A stretch of DNA of 64,000 nt from Lutibacter sp. (lineage in GTDB: Bacteria > Bacteroidota > Bacteroidia > Flavobacteriales > Flavobacteriaceae): assembly GCA_030683995.1 (NCBI GenBank), contig JAUXPH010000057.1, positions 27,876 to 91,875 of the forward strand. The letters run 5' to 3'. Shown piece by piece: positions 19,650-30,300 of the stretch; position 1 is the stretch's first letter; each line of letters starts with the position of its first letter. The position numbers were made by a program, and so were the translations under genes. Under the pieces are notes generated by a model. The model ran no database searches and had not been told where the DNA came from. It was given only the letters and a program-made list of their open reading frames with translations.

Positions 19650-22600
19650 TTTCACTTTTTAATTCGATAATTGCCCTTTCAACTTCTTCTTTTGTGACTT
19701 TTTCGCCTGTTCGCATCCACTTGATAAATACTTTAATGGAGTTTGAAACCGACAATAATAATGGCAACATCACCAATGTTAAAACGGTTGCAATGAGCAT
19801 TCCGTATGAAATTGAGATTGCCATAGGTTTTAAAAATTGTGCTTGTCGGCTTTTTTCCAAAAGCAATGGCGCCAATCCGGCCACCGTTGTTAAGGTTGTG
19901 AGCAAAATTGCCCTAAACCTTGAAATTCCTGCTTGTATAAGCGCGTCATCATATTTCATCCCGGCTTTTAAATAGCCGTTAAATTTTTCGATGAGCACCA
20001 AACCGTCATTCACCATAATTCCAATCAATGCAATGATTCCTAACCAAGACAAAATATTAATTGGAAAATCGTGAAGCCAATGGCCCCAAACCACGCCAAT
20101 TAAGCTAAAAGGAATAAGTAATATTAATAAAATTGGTTGTTCGTAAGATCTAAAAGTAAAAGCAATCACTATATATATTAACGCTAAAATAATAAGTCCA
20201 ACTTTTTTTACGGATGTAATTGTTTTTTGCGCTTCCCTGTTTTGGCCTTCATACATTGCGCTAACCGTAGGGTATTTAGATGAAATTTCGGGCATAACAT
20301 TTGTCTTAATGTCATCTAAAATGTCCGTAGCGCTTTCAGTTGGGGATTTCGTGTCTGCAGTAACCTGAATTTCACGTTTGCTGTTTAAATGGTTGATCAA
20401 AACATCACCGCGTTCAATTTCATAAGAGGCAATTTCAGAGAAAGGGACTTTTTGGTTGGTTGGCGTTGTAATCCACATATCGTCTAAATTTTTAAGCGAT
20501 GACCTGTCTTCTTTTTTATAGCGCACCCAAACTTTAATTTCATCCTGTCCGCGCTGAAAACGTTGTGTTTGCAATCCGAAAAATCCAGAACGAACCTGGC
20601 TCATCACCATTTGCAAATTTAAACCGAGCAAATGCGCATTTTCTTTAAGTTTAATTCGCACTTCTTTGATACCGGCAGGATCATTGTCGGAAATATCTTT
20701 AAGCATTGCATTGTTGCTTAAAACGGCTTTCAATTCTTCTTTGGCAGCCTTTAATTCCTGAATATTATTGCTTAACAAAGAAACTGCGACCGGACTTCCG
20801 CCAAAATTTCCTCCCGAGCCAAAAGTTAAACTTTCTACCCCATTAACTTTTCCCACTTTATCACGAATGGCATTTGTAATTTCGGGCGATGAAAAATCGC
20901 GTGCTTCACCGGGCAGCAGGTTAATGGTTAAACTTCCATTTGCAGAACCGGGACCAATGCGTTTGATGATATTTTGAATAACGGCTTCTCCGCTTACTTG
21001 CTTTCCGGTAAATTCTTCATTCACTTCCCAGGCAACTTTTTCAATTTCGGAAATGATGGAATCGGTTATTTTTTCATTTGTTCCTTCAAGCATTTTTAAA
21101 TCAATAGAAACGCGATCGCTGGCAACTGAAGGGAAAAATGAAGTTCTTACAATGCCGCCTTGAATTCCGCCAATACTGATGATTAGCAATGATATTGGCA
21201 GCGCAAAACCCAAGGCTTTGTTTCTTAAAAAGAATTTTAAAAAGGGTGCGTAAAAATTGTCTCTTACGTAAAACAACCCTACTTCGGCCTTTTGGTTTAT
21301 CTGATAAAAAAAGTGGTTGATTTTATTTCTCTGTTTTTCTTTTCGTTCCAAAGCTTTTGAATGCGCAATGTGCGCAGGCAATATGATTAAAGCTTCAATT
21401 AAAGAAACCAATAATGTTAAAATTACGATTACGGCAACTTCGCTAAAATTGTCGCCCATCCTTCCGTCCAAAAAGAAAAAAGTGGAAAAAGCGATCACCG
21501 TTGTTAAAATAGCGGAAACCACTGGCGGAATAACTTCCAAAGTACCGTCTATTGCCGCCCTAATTGGTGTTTTTCCCTTTTCATAATGGTGGTAAATATT
21601 TTCCCCAATCACAATCCCGTCATCCACTAAAATACCAATAACGATAATCATCCCAAATAACGAAAGCACATTGATGGTTACCCCAAAATAAGCAGCAAAA
21701 ATAAACATTCCAAAAAATGAAATGGGAATTCCCACAGCAACCCACAAAGCCAATCGAACATTTAAAAATAGTGCCAAGAAAAACAGCACTAAAATAATGC
21801 CCATTACTGCATTTTTGACCAATAGCTCCGTTCTTTGGTTTAAAGTGGTTGAATTATCGCTTGAAACGTCTAACTGAACGGTATCATGTTGTTGGTTAAA
21901 TTTCTCGATATATTTATTTACGCTTTCGGCCGTTGACAATAAATCTTCACTGTTGGTGTTGCTTACGGTGATGTCAATCGATTTTTTTCCGTTAAAATAT
22001 AACCTGTCCGGATTTTCAGACCAAGTGTCGGTAACATCGGCAATATCGCTTAACCGAATAATATTTCCCGACGCATCGGCCCTAACCACCAAATTTACAA
22101 ACTCGTTTCCGAAGTAATTTTTATTTCTGGCCCTAATTAAATAATCTTCCTCATCGGTTTTAATATTTCCTCCCGAAATCAATAAATTTGATTTGCTGAC
22201 CGCATTGGCAACTTCTTCAAACGACAGGTTATAGGCAAGCAAATCATTTTGGCGAACGGCTATTTCAATTTCCTGCTCCGGAAAACCCGAAAGCCTGACC
22301 TGTGAAATTCCGTCAATAGTTCTTAACTCGTTTTCAATATTTCGGGCATATTGTTTTAAGGTAGCCAACGAAATATTTTCACCGCTTATTGTGAAACTGA
22401 TGGTTGGCCTAATGTTTTCAATTTTTGCGATGATGGGCGGTTCCATCCCAGAAGGAAAGGAGGGAACCCTGTCCACCGCATTTTTTACGTCGGATAAAAC
22501 AACATCAATATTTTTTCCTTTTACGATTTCAATATTTATGGATGCCGAATTTTCTCTTGAAACAGAAGTTACGCGGTCAATGCCAACAATTCCTTTTAAA

Positions 22601-22812
22601 TTGTCTTCTATTTTTAAAACAATGCCTTCTTCCATTTCTTCAGGAGAAGCACCAGGATAGGTTAAGTTTATGGAGATGTTTCTTGATTCAACCAAAGGAA
22701 AAAAGGAAGATTTCATAGATAAGGCACCCGCCAGTCCGAAACCAATAAAAGCAAGAATAAAGATGTTTACTGCAACAGGGAATTTAATAAAATAGGTGAT
22801 TATATTTCTCAT
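19630..22812 (-). CDS. RND efflux transporter permease
   Basis: 1060 aa; GILVDDGIVIGENI, GIMVNDGLV and RFRAILLTTLTT motifs. Confidence 0.95.
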   Translation of the reverse strand: MRNIITYFIKFPVAVNIFILAFIGFGLAGALSMKSSFFPLVESRNISINLTYPGASPEEMEEGIVLKIEDNLKGIVGIDRVTSVSRENSASINIEIVKGKNIDVVLSDVKNAVDRVPSFPSGMEPPIIAKIENIRPTISFTISGENISLATLKQYARNIENELRTIDGISQVRLSGFPEQEIEIAVRQNDLLAYNLSFEEVANAVSKSNLLISGGNIKTDEEDYLIRARNKNYFGNEFVNLVVRADASGNIIRLSDIADVTDTWSENPDRLYFNGKKSIDITVSNTNSEDLLSTAESVNKYIEKFNQQHDTVQLDVSSDNSTTLNQRTELLVKNAVMGIILVLFFLALFLNVRLALWVAVGIPISFFGMFIFAAYFGVTINVLSLFGMIIVIGILVDDGIVIGENIYHHYEKGKTPIRAAIDGTLEVIPPVVSAILTTVIAFSTFFFLDGRMGDNFSEVAVIVILTLLVSLIEALIILPAHIAHSKALERKEKQRNKINHFFYQINQKAEVGLFYVRDNFYAPFLKFFLRNKALGFALPISLLIISIGGIQGGIVRTSFFPSVASDRVSIDLKMLEGTNEKITDSIISEIEKVAWEVNEEFTGKQVSGEAVIQNIIKRIGPGSANGSLTINLLPGEARDFSSPEITNAIRDKVGKVNGVESLTFGSGGNFGGSPVAVSLLSNNIQELKAAKEELKAVLSNNAMLKDISDNDPAGIKEVRIKLKENAHLLGLNLQMVMSQVRSGFFGLQTQRFQRGQDEIKVWVRYKKEDRSSLKNLDDMWITTPTNQKVPFSEIASYEIERGDVLINHLNSKREIQVTADTKSPTESATDILDDIKTNVMPEISSKYPTVSAMYEGQNREAQKTITSVKKVGLIILALIYIVIAFTFRSYEQPILLILLIPFSLIGVVWGHWLHDFPINILSWLGIIALIGIMVNDGLVLIEKFNGYLKAGMKYDDALIQAGISRFRAILLTTLTTVAGLAPLLLEKSRQAQFLKPMAISISYGMLIATVLTLVMLPLLLSVSNSIKVFIKWMRTGEKVTKEEVERAIIELKSENDELQE

Positions 22813-23933
22813 TATTGCTTTTTGTTTTCAGTAAATACCTTTACCAACATGCCCGCGTGAGCGCCGGGAATAGGTTTTGCCAAAATTTGGGTACCGTCGC
22901 TTAACCCTTTTACAACAACAGTTTGTTGATTTTCAAAAATCGGATTTACGGTTACCAAATCTAAAATGGAATCTTTTACAACATACAATTTGGTATTCTC
23001 AACCAACAAATTTCTTGAAACTTCAAAAGCATTTTCTTCAGATTTGGCGCTTAGGGCAACTTCCAAATACTGGCCTTCTTTTAAATCGGCGCCGGCAACT
23101 TCAATAATCGCTTTTATGGTTTGTGTGGCAGTTTCCACTTTACCGTTTATCCTGATCACTTTGCCCGTCCAGGTTTTTGTTTTTTCCAAATTTTGCAATT
23201 CAACCTGTTTGCCAACTTGAAGCAAATCGCGAAATTCGGATTTCACCGAAACCGCAACTTCATAAATGGCCGGATTTATAAATTCCCCCAATTTTTGTCC
23301 GGGCCTGATCAATGTTCCCGGATTCACCAATGATTCGGTCAAAATTCCGTTAAAAGGAGCGCGCAACGTATATTTTCCCAATTTAACTTCTGAATTTTTT
23401 ACGTTGTAGTAGTTTGTGTAAATACCGCGGCCCGAAATAAAGAATTTTTCTTTTTCTGATGATGTTTCCGGCAGTTTTTGGACCGTTTTGTTTAAATCGA
23501 AATTTCTCAAATAAGTTTGCCACTTATCGTAACTTTCAGGAAAATCTAACCTAATATCTGGCATTATGGCCGTTAAGGCATTAAAAAGCGTGCTTTTTTG
23601 GGCCTGTAAATTTGCGTAAAACTCATCGCTGTTAACCCTAATCAATATTTCGCCCTTTCCGTAAGTAGTGCCGGCTTTAAACTCTTTTGAAGTATTTTCC
23701 AAAATTCCCTGAACTTCTGCATACAATTCAATTTTGTTTTTGGCCACCAAATTTCCGTTTGCGGTGATAATAATTGGAATTGTTTTATTGGTCACTGTTT
23801 TGGTAAAAACCGTATTTACTACTTTTTCAACTTTTGGTTTTGGTTTTTGCTTAGTAGCAATTAAATATTTTGATAATAAGATGGCGCCTAATAAAAGCAA
23901 TGCCGCCAATGCTATTGATATTATTTTTCTCAT
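22812..23933 (-). CDS. RND periplasmic adaptor (membrane fusion protein)
   Basis: N-terminal anchor, lipoyl halves (AEVQGIL / APFNGIL); TAATG coupling to the permease. Confidence 0.9.
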   Translation of the reverse strand: MRKIISIALAALLLLGAILLSKYLIATKQKPKPKVEKVVNTVFTKTVTNKTIPIIITANGNLVAKNKIELYAEVQGILENTSKEFKAGTTYGKGEILIRVNSDEFYANLQAQKSTLFNALTAIMPDIRLDFPESYDKWQTYLRNFDLNKTVQKLPETSSEKEKFFISGRGIYTNYYNVKNSEVKLGKYTLRAPFNGILTESLVNPGTLIRPGQKLGEFINPAIYEVAVSVKSEFRDLLQVGKQVELQNLEKTKTWTGKVIRINGKVETATQTIKAIIEVAGADLKEGQYLEVALSAKSEENAFEVSRNLLVENTKLYVVKDSILDLVTVNPIFENQQTVVVKGLSDGTQILAKPIPGAHAGMLVKVFTENKKQ

Positions 23934-23949
23934 TGTTTTTTTGGATGGT

Positions 23950-23968
23950 TTAACTTAAACTAAGTTAA
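23950..23968. promoter_or_regulatory. Inverted-repeat operator upstream of the RND operon
   Basis: TTAACTTA-AAC-TAAGTTAA between the -7 element (TATATTTG, minus strand, about 23980-23987) and the ATG. Confidence 0.55.
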
Positions 23969-24239
23969 GTTATTTTTTGCAAATATATCATTACAAAAAG
24001 AATAGTTGCCAATGTAACTATATTTAAAATCAATGGTATTATAAATAAAATTTGTTTGGTTTACAAATCAAAAATGACCATAATTTTATGACTTTTAAGG
24101 ACAGGAAAAAAATGATGAAACTATTTTATTTAGAGAAAGATTAAGCACGAAATATAATTAATAAAAAAAGAGGCTGTGTGGGCAGTCTCTTTTTCCTAAC
24201 GTAAATTAATTAATCAAACACTTATTTATTGTGATATAT

Positions 24240-25088
24240 TTAAAATGACTGTGTAATTGGATTTGCAGCTCTTGATGAAACTTGAACCTCATTTAAATTA
24301 TGGTATTCAAAATTTAATAGTTTAGGCAAATTTTGTATGGATGGATTTATTTTTCCGGTAAATTTATTGTTAAAAAGCAATAAGGTTTCCAGTTTTGCAA
24401 GCTGGTTAAGTTCGGTTGGAATTGTTCCTTCAAATGAGTTGTTGGCCAAAGAAAGTTCTGTTAAATTTGATAAGGATCCTATTTGTGCAGGAAGCATTCC
24501 AATCATTGCATTGTCAAACAAACTTAAAGTTTTTAGGTTTTTTAAATTTTTAACGGAAGGTGAAATGATTCCAGTTAAATTATTGCTGCTTAATTGCAAT
24601 ATTTCAAGACTTGAAATGTCATAAATTGATTCAGGTAAATTTCCGTTGATAAAATTGTTGAATAACACCAATTCTTTAAGGTTTTTCAAATTTCCAATGG
24701 CAGCAGGAATTTGGCCTTCCAACTGATTCATAAACAATTGGATGGTGACCAATGATGTGATGGTTGCAAGTTCGGCAGGTATTGTGCCGCTTATTTTATT
24801 GAAGCCTAAATTTAAATGACGCAACGATGTTAAATTGCTTATTGAGGCAGGAATTGGGCCGGTTAAATTATTCATACTTAAATTAATTTCGGTCACTGTA
24901 TTATTTTCAACAGTTATTCCATACCAAGACGAAACATCTTTGCTTAAATCCCATTTGGTGTTCCAGGTGGTACCTTTGGTTGATTTGTATAAATCCAACA
25001 AGGCGCTTTTTTCCAAATCCGAAATTTGTGAGAAAGCGATATGCGATAAGGCCAGGATAAATGCGAAAGTTAGTGCCAGTTTTTTCAT
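24240..25088 (-). CDS. Secreted leucine-rich repeat protein (plant-type LRR)
   Basis: Signal peptide, LRR N-cap (ALLDLYKST...W...W) and about eight LxxLxLxxNxxxGxIP repeats. Confidence 0.9.
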   Translation of the reverse strand: MKKLALTFAFILALSHIAFSQISDLEKSALLDLYKSTKGTTWNTKWDLSKDVSSWYGITVENNTVTEINLSMNNLTGPIPASISNLTSLRHLNLGFNKISGTIPAELATITSLVTIQLFMNQLEGQIPAAIGNLKNLKELVLFNNFINGNLPESIYDISSLEILQLSSNNLTGIISPSVKNLKNLKTLSLFDNAMIGMLPAQIGSLSNLTELSLANNSFEGTIPTELNQLAKLETLLLFNNKFTGKINPSIQNLPKLLNFEYHNLNEVQVSSRAANPITQSF

Positions 25089-25324
25089 CGTCTTTGGGAT
25101 TTAGGGGTTAATTTTTTTAATTTCCTAGTGCTAAGGTAATTAAACAATTTGAATCCACCAAATTTATTTTACCATTTATGCAAATATTTATACCGTTTGT
25201 GCATAATAATACACATTTTATTTAAAATTACAAGATTTACAGGCATTAAATAACTGAGATTTTTGCAATATAACCATCGCCAAAAAATTGTACTATCTTT
25301 GCATAAAATTAAATAAAGATATTT

Positions 25325-26041
25325 ATGAAGTTAGCAATTTTAGCCATTGGCGCACATCCGGATGATGTTGAATTGGGATGTGGTGCAACCATTGCAAAAG
25401 AAATTTCATTGGGAAAAAAAGTAGGTATTTTAGATTTAACCAAAGGAGAATTAGGTACCAGAGGTTCTGCTGAAATTAGGGACGAAGAAGCAAAAAAAGG
25501 TGCAAAAATTTTAGGCGTAACAGTTAGGGAAAACTTGGGTTTTGCAGATGGTTTTTTTGTAAATGATGAAAAAAATCAGATTGAAGTGATAAAAATAATA
25601 AGAAAATACAAACCTGAAATTGTGCTGTGCAATGCTTTTGACGACCGGCATATTGACCATCCAAAAGGCAGTAAATTGGTTTCCGACGCTTGTTTTTTAT
25701 CTGGTTTGTTGAAAGTTGAAACCGAGCTTAATGGCATAAAGCAAGAAGCCTGGCGTCCTAAGTTTGTGTATCATTATATTCAATGGAAGAATTTAGAACC
25801 CGATTTTGTGGTAGATGTTACCGGTTTTTTGGATAAAAAAATGGAAGCTGTAAAAGCATACAGTTCCCAGTTCTATGATCCGAACAGCAGAGAGCCCACC
25901 TCGCCAATTTCGAGTAAAAACTTTTTAGACAGTGTGCTATACAGGGCGCAGGATCTGGGCCGATTGGTTGGTGTAGAGGCTGCAGAAGGCTTCAATACAG
26001 AGCGTTATGTGGCCGTAAATTCTTTTGATAATTTAGTGTAA
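25325..26041 (+). CDS. bshB1: Bacillithiol biosynthesis deacetylase BshB1
   Basis: AHPDDVELG, LTKGELGTRG, DRHIDH and YSSQF motifs. Confidence 0.92.
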   Translation: MKLAILAIGAHPDDVELGCGATIAKEISLGKKVGILDLTKGELGTRGSAEIRDEEAKKGAKILGVTVRENLGFADGFFVNDEKNQIEVIKIIRKYKPEIVLCNAFDDRHIDHPKGSKLVSDACFLSGLLKVETELNGIKQEAWRPKFVYHYIQWKNLEPDFVVDVTGFLDKKMEAVKAYSSQFYDPNSREPTSPISSKNFLDSVLYRAQDLGRLVGVEAAEGFNTERYVAVNSFDNLV

Positions 26042-26046
26042 AAATG

Positions 26047-26077
26047 TTTGTGGAAAAACAGAAATGTTTTACATTTG
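26047..26077 (+). promoter_or_regulatory. Consensus sigma70 promoter for tRNA-His
   Basis: TTTG (26047-26050), 19-nt spacer, TACATTTG (26070-26077). Confidence 0.8.
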
Positions 26078-26093
26078 CATCCGCAAGTTATAT

Positions 26094-26168
26094 GGTGGTT
26101 GTAGCTCAGCTGGTTAGAGCATCGGTTTGTGGTACCGAGGGTCGCCGGTTCGAACCCGGTCTTCCACC
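26094..26168 (+). tRNA. tRNA-His (GTG)
   Basis: Cloverleaf with G-1/C73, D-arm GCTC/GAGC, anticodon stem TCGGT/ACCGA with loop TTGTGGT, and T-loop TTCGAAC; CCA not encoded. Confidence 0.95.
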
Positions 26169-26175
26169 CAAAATT

Positions 26176-26202
26176 AAAGGTCTGTTTTTCAGACCTTTTT
26201 TT
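26176..26202 (+). terminator. tRNA terminator
   Basis: AAAGGTCTG-TTTTT-CAGACCTTT followed by a T run. Confidence 0.8.
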
Positions 26203-26298
26203 GTGCTTATTTATTTGTACTGAATAATGATACCTCTTTTTCTGATTTTATTCAATCCCTTCATCAAGTTTATAAACTTGGGATTGAAAAATATCAAA

Positions 26299-26526
26299 TT
26301 AATCATTTTTTATTTTCACATCCAATTCCTCCGATTTCAACTCTACACCTTTTTTATCTAAGCTGATGGAAGTTGATTTTGCCGGTGCGTCTTTTTCAAC
26401 TACAACAGTTTTGGCGGGTACGATGATGACTTCTTTTTCCGCTGGTGTTTCTTTACAGCCCATTATCATTAAGGCAACAGTTATCATAAAAAACCCGATG
26501 ATATTTTTCATTTTAGTATTTTTCAT
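26299..26526 (-). CDS. Small hypothetical lipoprotein
   Basis: Lipobox IMGC followed by KETPAEKE; start is 26526 or 26511. Confidence 0.75.
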   Translation of the reverse strand: MKNTKMKNIIGFFMITVALMIMGCKETPAEKEVIIVPAKTVVVEKDAPAKSTSISLDKKGVELKSEELDVKIKND

Positions 26527-26828
26527 TTTATTTATTTTTATTGGTTTAACAGTATTTAATAATTTTTTTAGGAAAAACAAAGATGGCCTTATAAAAAATA
26601 GGAAGTATTACACAATTAAAATAATAATTTATATTATTCACACATTTATAGAAATTTCTTTAATAAGCTGAATAAATTAACTTCAATGGTTTATTTTTAG
26701 TAAATATTCTTGAAGATGTAAAGCAATTGACCTTTTGAAATTTAAAACCATAAATTTTTATCTAGTTAAATACGTCGTTTTTAGCATTAATTTAATATTT
26801 TCACTCTTTAATGTTTAAACTTTGATTG

Positions 26829-27512
26829 ATGAAACGTTTTTTTATAATAATTTCTTTTTTTATGGCTGCTGTTTCTATGGCACAAACCGCTAACGGAGTG
26901 GCTTTTGAACAACAAAAGATGAAGCAGGCTTTAGCGTTTGGAGATAAAAATGTTGCCGCAAATGCGATGTATTCCATCATTTTATTGGAAGGCCCAAAAA
27001 GTGTTTATAAAGACAGTTTGGCTTATTTGTATTTTAACGATCGGAATTTTATTTCATGTTTTTTGGTGACCAACGATATTTTGAAAACGAATCCCGGAAA
27101 TTTGGATTTGTTGGAAATGAACGCTATTTCCTTAGAGTCTATGGGCGCCACCGAAAAAGCTGTGGAAGCGTACCAAAACTTATTTACAAAAACCAATAAC
27201 AATTATCACGCTTATAAATTGGCCGGATTGCAATTTGGATTGGGTAAATTTGAGGAAGCTTACGCATCGATAAAAAAAGCGGACAAACTTCCTGACGACG
27301 GATCGGTAAAAATAACATTTCAGGTCAATAAAAATTACAACCAAAATGTTGATTTAAAAGCGGCCATCGCTTATTTGGAAGGTATTATTGCCACAAATTT
27401 GAGCAAAAATGCCGAGGCGAAGCTGAGCTTTGAGCGCGCTACAAAATTGTTCCCTGAATTTGTGCTGGCAAAAACCAAGTTGGATGCTTTAAATGCTGAA
27501 AAGAAAGAGTAA
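26829..27512 (+). CDS. Secreted TPR-like repeat protein
   Basis: Signal peptide and helical repeats (A..AY..L, LA...F..G...EA...I). Confidence 0.75.
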   Translation: MKRFFIIISFFMAAVSMAQTANGVAFEQQKMKQALAFGDKNVAANAMYSIILLEGPKSVYKDSLAYLYFNDRNFISCFLVTNDILKTNPGNLDLLEMNAISLESMGATEKAVEAYQNLFTKTNNNYHAYKLAGLQFGLGKFEEAYASIKKADKLPDDGSVKITFQVNKNYNQNVDLKAAIAYLEGIIATNLSKNAEAKLSFERATKLFPEFVLAKTKLDALNAEKKE

Positions 27513-27516
27513 TAAT

Positions 27517-30300
27517 TTATAATAATTTCTCGGCCAAATAAGGCGCGGTATAAGATTCCTTACATTTTATAAGATTTTCCGGCGTTCCCTGAAAAATGAG
27601 TTCACCGCCGAGTTTTCCGCCTTCTTTGCCCAAATCAATTACATAATCGGCGCATTTTATCAGATCAATATTGTGTTCAATCACAATAATGGAATGTCCG
27701 TTTTCAATTAAGGCGTTAAACGATTTTAACAGCTTTTTGATATCGTGAAAATGCAATCCGGTTGTAGGTTCATCAAAAATGAACAGAGACTTGTCTTGTC
27801 GCGTTCCTTTCACTAAAAAGGAAGCCAGTTTAATACGTTGCGCTTCACCGCCGGAAAGGGTAGAAGATGATTGTCCTAAAGTAACATAGCCCAATCCCAC
27901 ATCTTGCAGCGGTTTTAATTTTTTGGCGATTTTTGTTTCTTTGTATTTGGTAAAAAAAGTTACGGCATCATCAATGGTGCTGTTTAAAACATCGTTGATA
28001 GACAATCCCTGAAAAGTTACCTGCAACACTTCTTTTTTGAATCTTTTTCCTTTACAGGCTTCACATTCCAAATGCACATCGGCCATAAATTGCATTTCAA
28101 TGGTCACTTCACCGTCACCTTTACAAGTCTCGCACCTGCCGCCTTCCACATTGAAAGAAAAGTGTTTTGGCTGGTAATTTCTTATTTTTGACAATTTTTC
28201 TGAAGCAAATAAGGTTCGGATGTCATCAAAAGCTTTTACGTAAGTCACCGGATTTGAGCGACTTGAACGTCCGATTGGATTTTGGTTGATGAATTCAATA
28301 TTTTCTAGGGTATTTACGGCACCTTTTAATTCGGTGAACTGCCCAACTTTTTCCCCGTAACCACCCAATTGTTTTTGAATTGCCGGATACAATATTTTAC
28401 TGACCAAGGTGCTTTTTCCGCTACCCGAAACACCGGTGATTACCGTTAAACAATTTAAAGGAAAAGTGACATCAATATTTTTTAGATTGTGTTCTCGAGC
28501 GCCAATCACTTCAATGCTTTGATCAGTTTTTCTGCGGATTTTAGGGACTTCAATTTTTAACTGATGATTTAAATATTTTGCAGTTAAGGATTCTGATTTT
28601 AAAATTTCCTCGTAATTTCCTTCGGCCACAATTTCGCCGCCAAAAGTTCCTGCTTCCGGACCAATATCAATAATAAAATCGGCCGCTTTCATAATATCTT
28701 CATCGTGCTCCACCACAATAACGGTATTTCCCAAATTGCGCAAATCCTTCAAAACTTTTATCAATCTTTCGGTATCTTTTGGATGCAATCCGATGCTTGG
28801 CTCATCTAAAATATACATAGATCCCACCAAACTGCTTCCCAGCGAAGTGGCCAGATTAATGCGCTGACTTTCGCCGCCTGATAAGGTTGTGGAAGTTCGG
28901 TTTAAGATTAAATAACTCAATCCTACATCATTTAAAAATTGCAATCGGTTGTTGATTTCCACCAGCAATCGTTTGGCAATTTGCTGGTCGTAAACATTGA
29001 GTTGTATGTTTTTAAAGAAATCGGCCAATTCATTCAACGGCAAATCAACCAATTCACTGATATTTTTGTGGTCAATTTTTATGTTGTTGGTTTCTGGTCT
29101 AAGTCGTTTTCCATTGCAAACCGTACATTTTGTCTTTCCGCGATAGCGTGAAAGCATCACCCGATATTGAATTTTATAACTTTTTTCCTCTAGATATTTG
29201 AAAAAATCGTGGATTCCCTGAAAAGATTTATTGCCATTCCAAATAAGCTTTTTTTGTTCCTCAGAAAGTTGAAACCAAGGTTTGTGAATGGGAATATCGA
29301 ATTTATAAGCATTGTCAATTAAATCATTTTTGTATTGCGCAAACGAATCTGTTTTCCACGGCAATATTGCGTTTTCATAAATGGACAAGGAAGTGTTTGG
29401 AATCACCAAATCATCATCAACGCCAATTACGTTTCCGAAACCATCGCAGGCCGGACAAGCGCCATACGGATTGTTAAAACTGAATAAATGGGTGTTTGGT
29501 TCTAAAAATTGAATCCCGTCCAATTCAAATTTGTTGTTAAAAGTTGTTTGCTTTTCGGCTTTTACATCTTCAATAATGCATTCGCCTTTTCCTTCAAAAA
29601 AAGCAGTTTGCACCGCATCGCCCAAACGGTTATAAAAATCTTCATCATCCTGAACTACAATTCGGTCAATCACCAAATGAAAATCGTGCTCAATTTCCGT
29701 ATTAACATCTTCAATTCTAATAATTTCGCCTTTGTATTTTATTCTGGAATAACCCTGTTGCGCCAATATTTTTAATGTTTGCAACAAATTTCTTTCCTCT
29801 GGAATATGAACGGGCGAAAGCAGCAAAACTTTTGTGTTTACGTCTAAACTTTTGATATAATTGATGACATCTGCAACTGTTTGTTTTTTGACTTCACTTC
29901 CTGAAACTGGCGAATAGGTTTTCCCAATTCTTGCAAACAGCAGTTTTAAATAATCGTAAATTTCTGTTGAAGTGCCAACGGTAGAACGCGGATTGGTGGA
30001 ATTCACTTTTTGCTCAATGGCAATGGCCGGTGAAATTCCTTTGATATAATCTACATTCGGCTTGTTTAGCCTTCCCAAAAATTGGCGTGCGTAAGACGAT
30101 AAACTTTCCACATAACGTCGCTGTCCTTCTGCAAATAAGGTGTCAAATGCCAAACTCGATTTCCCGGAACCCGAAAGTCCGGTAATCACCACCAATTTAT
30201 TTCTCGGAATGGCAACATCAATATTTTTTAAATTGTGGAGTTTTGCTCCTTTAATGAGTATATTTTCTTTCGGACTAAGTGCAGCAATATTGTGAGTCAT
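27517..30300 (-). CDS. uvrA: Excinuclease ABC subunit A
   Basis: Two Walker A motifs (GLSGSGKSS, GVSGSGKST), zinc fingers and LSGGESQRI/LSGGEAQRI; TACCTTTG -7 element at 30324-30331. Confidence 0.98.
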   Translation of the reverse strand: MTHNIAALSPKENILIKGAKLHNLKNIDVAIPRNKLVVITGLSGSGKSSLAFDTLFAEGQRRYVESLSSYARQFLGRLNKPNVDYIKGISPAIAIEQKVNSTNPRSTVGTSTEIYDYLKLLFARIGKTYSPVSGSEVKKQTVADVINYIKSLDVNTKVLLLSPVHIPEERNLLQTLKILAQQGYSRIKYKGEIIRIEDVNTEIEHDFHLVIDRIVVQDDEDFYNRLGDAVQTAFFEGKGECIIEDVKAEKQTTFNNKFELDGIQFLEPNTHLFSFNNPYGACPACDGFGNVIGVDDDLVIPNTSLSIYENAILPWKTDSFAQYKNDLIDNAYKFDIPIHKPWFQLSEEQKKLIWNGNKSFQGIHDFFKYLEEKSYKIQYRVMLSRYRGKTKCTVCNGKRLRPETNNIKIDHKNISELVDLPLNELADFFKNIQLNVYDQQIAKRLLVEINNRLQFLNDVGLSYLILNRTSTTLSGGESQRINLATSLGSSLVGSMYILDEPSIGLHPKDTERLIKVLKDLRNLGNTVIVVEHDEDIMKAADFIIDIGPEAGTFGGEIVAEGNYEEILKSESLTAKYLNHQLKIEVPKIRRKTDQSIEVIGAREHNLKNIDVTFPLNCLTVITGVSGSGKSTLVSKILYPAIQKQLGGYGEKVGQFTELKGAVNTLENIEFINQNPIGRSSRSNPVTYVKAFDDIRTLFASEKLSKIRNYQPKHFSFNVEGGRCETCKGDGEVTIEMQFMADVHLECEACKGKRFKKEVLQVTFQGLSINDVLNSTIDDAVTFFTKYKETKIAKKLKPLQDVGLGYVTLGQSSSTLSGGEAQRIKLASFLVKGTRQDKSLFIFDEPTTGLHFHDIKKLLKSFNALIENGHSIIVIEHNIDLIKCADYVIDLGKEGGKLGGELIFQGTPENLIKCKESYTAPYLAEKLL

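Noticed and set aside
26094-26600. tRNA-His as an integration site for an island
   Set aside because: No integrase, and no duplicated tRNA 3' end was seen downstream.
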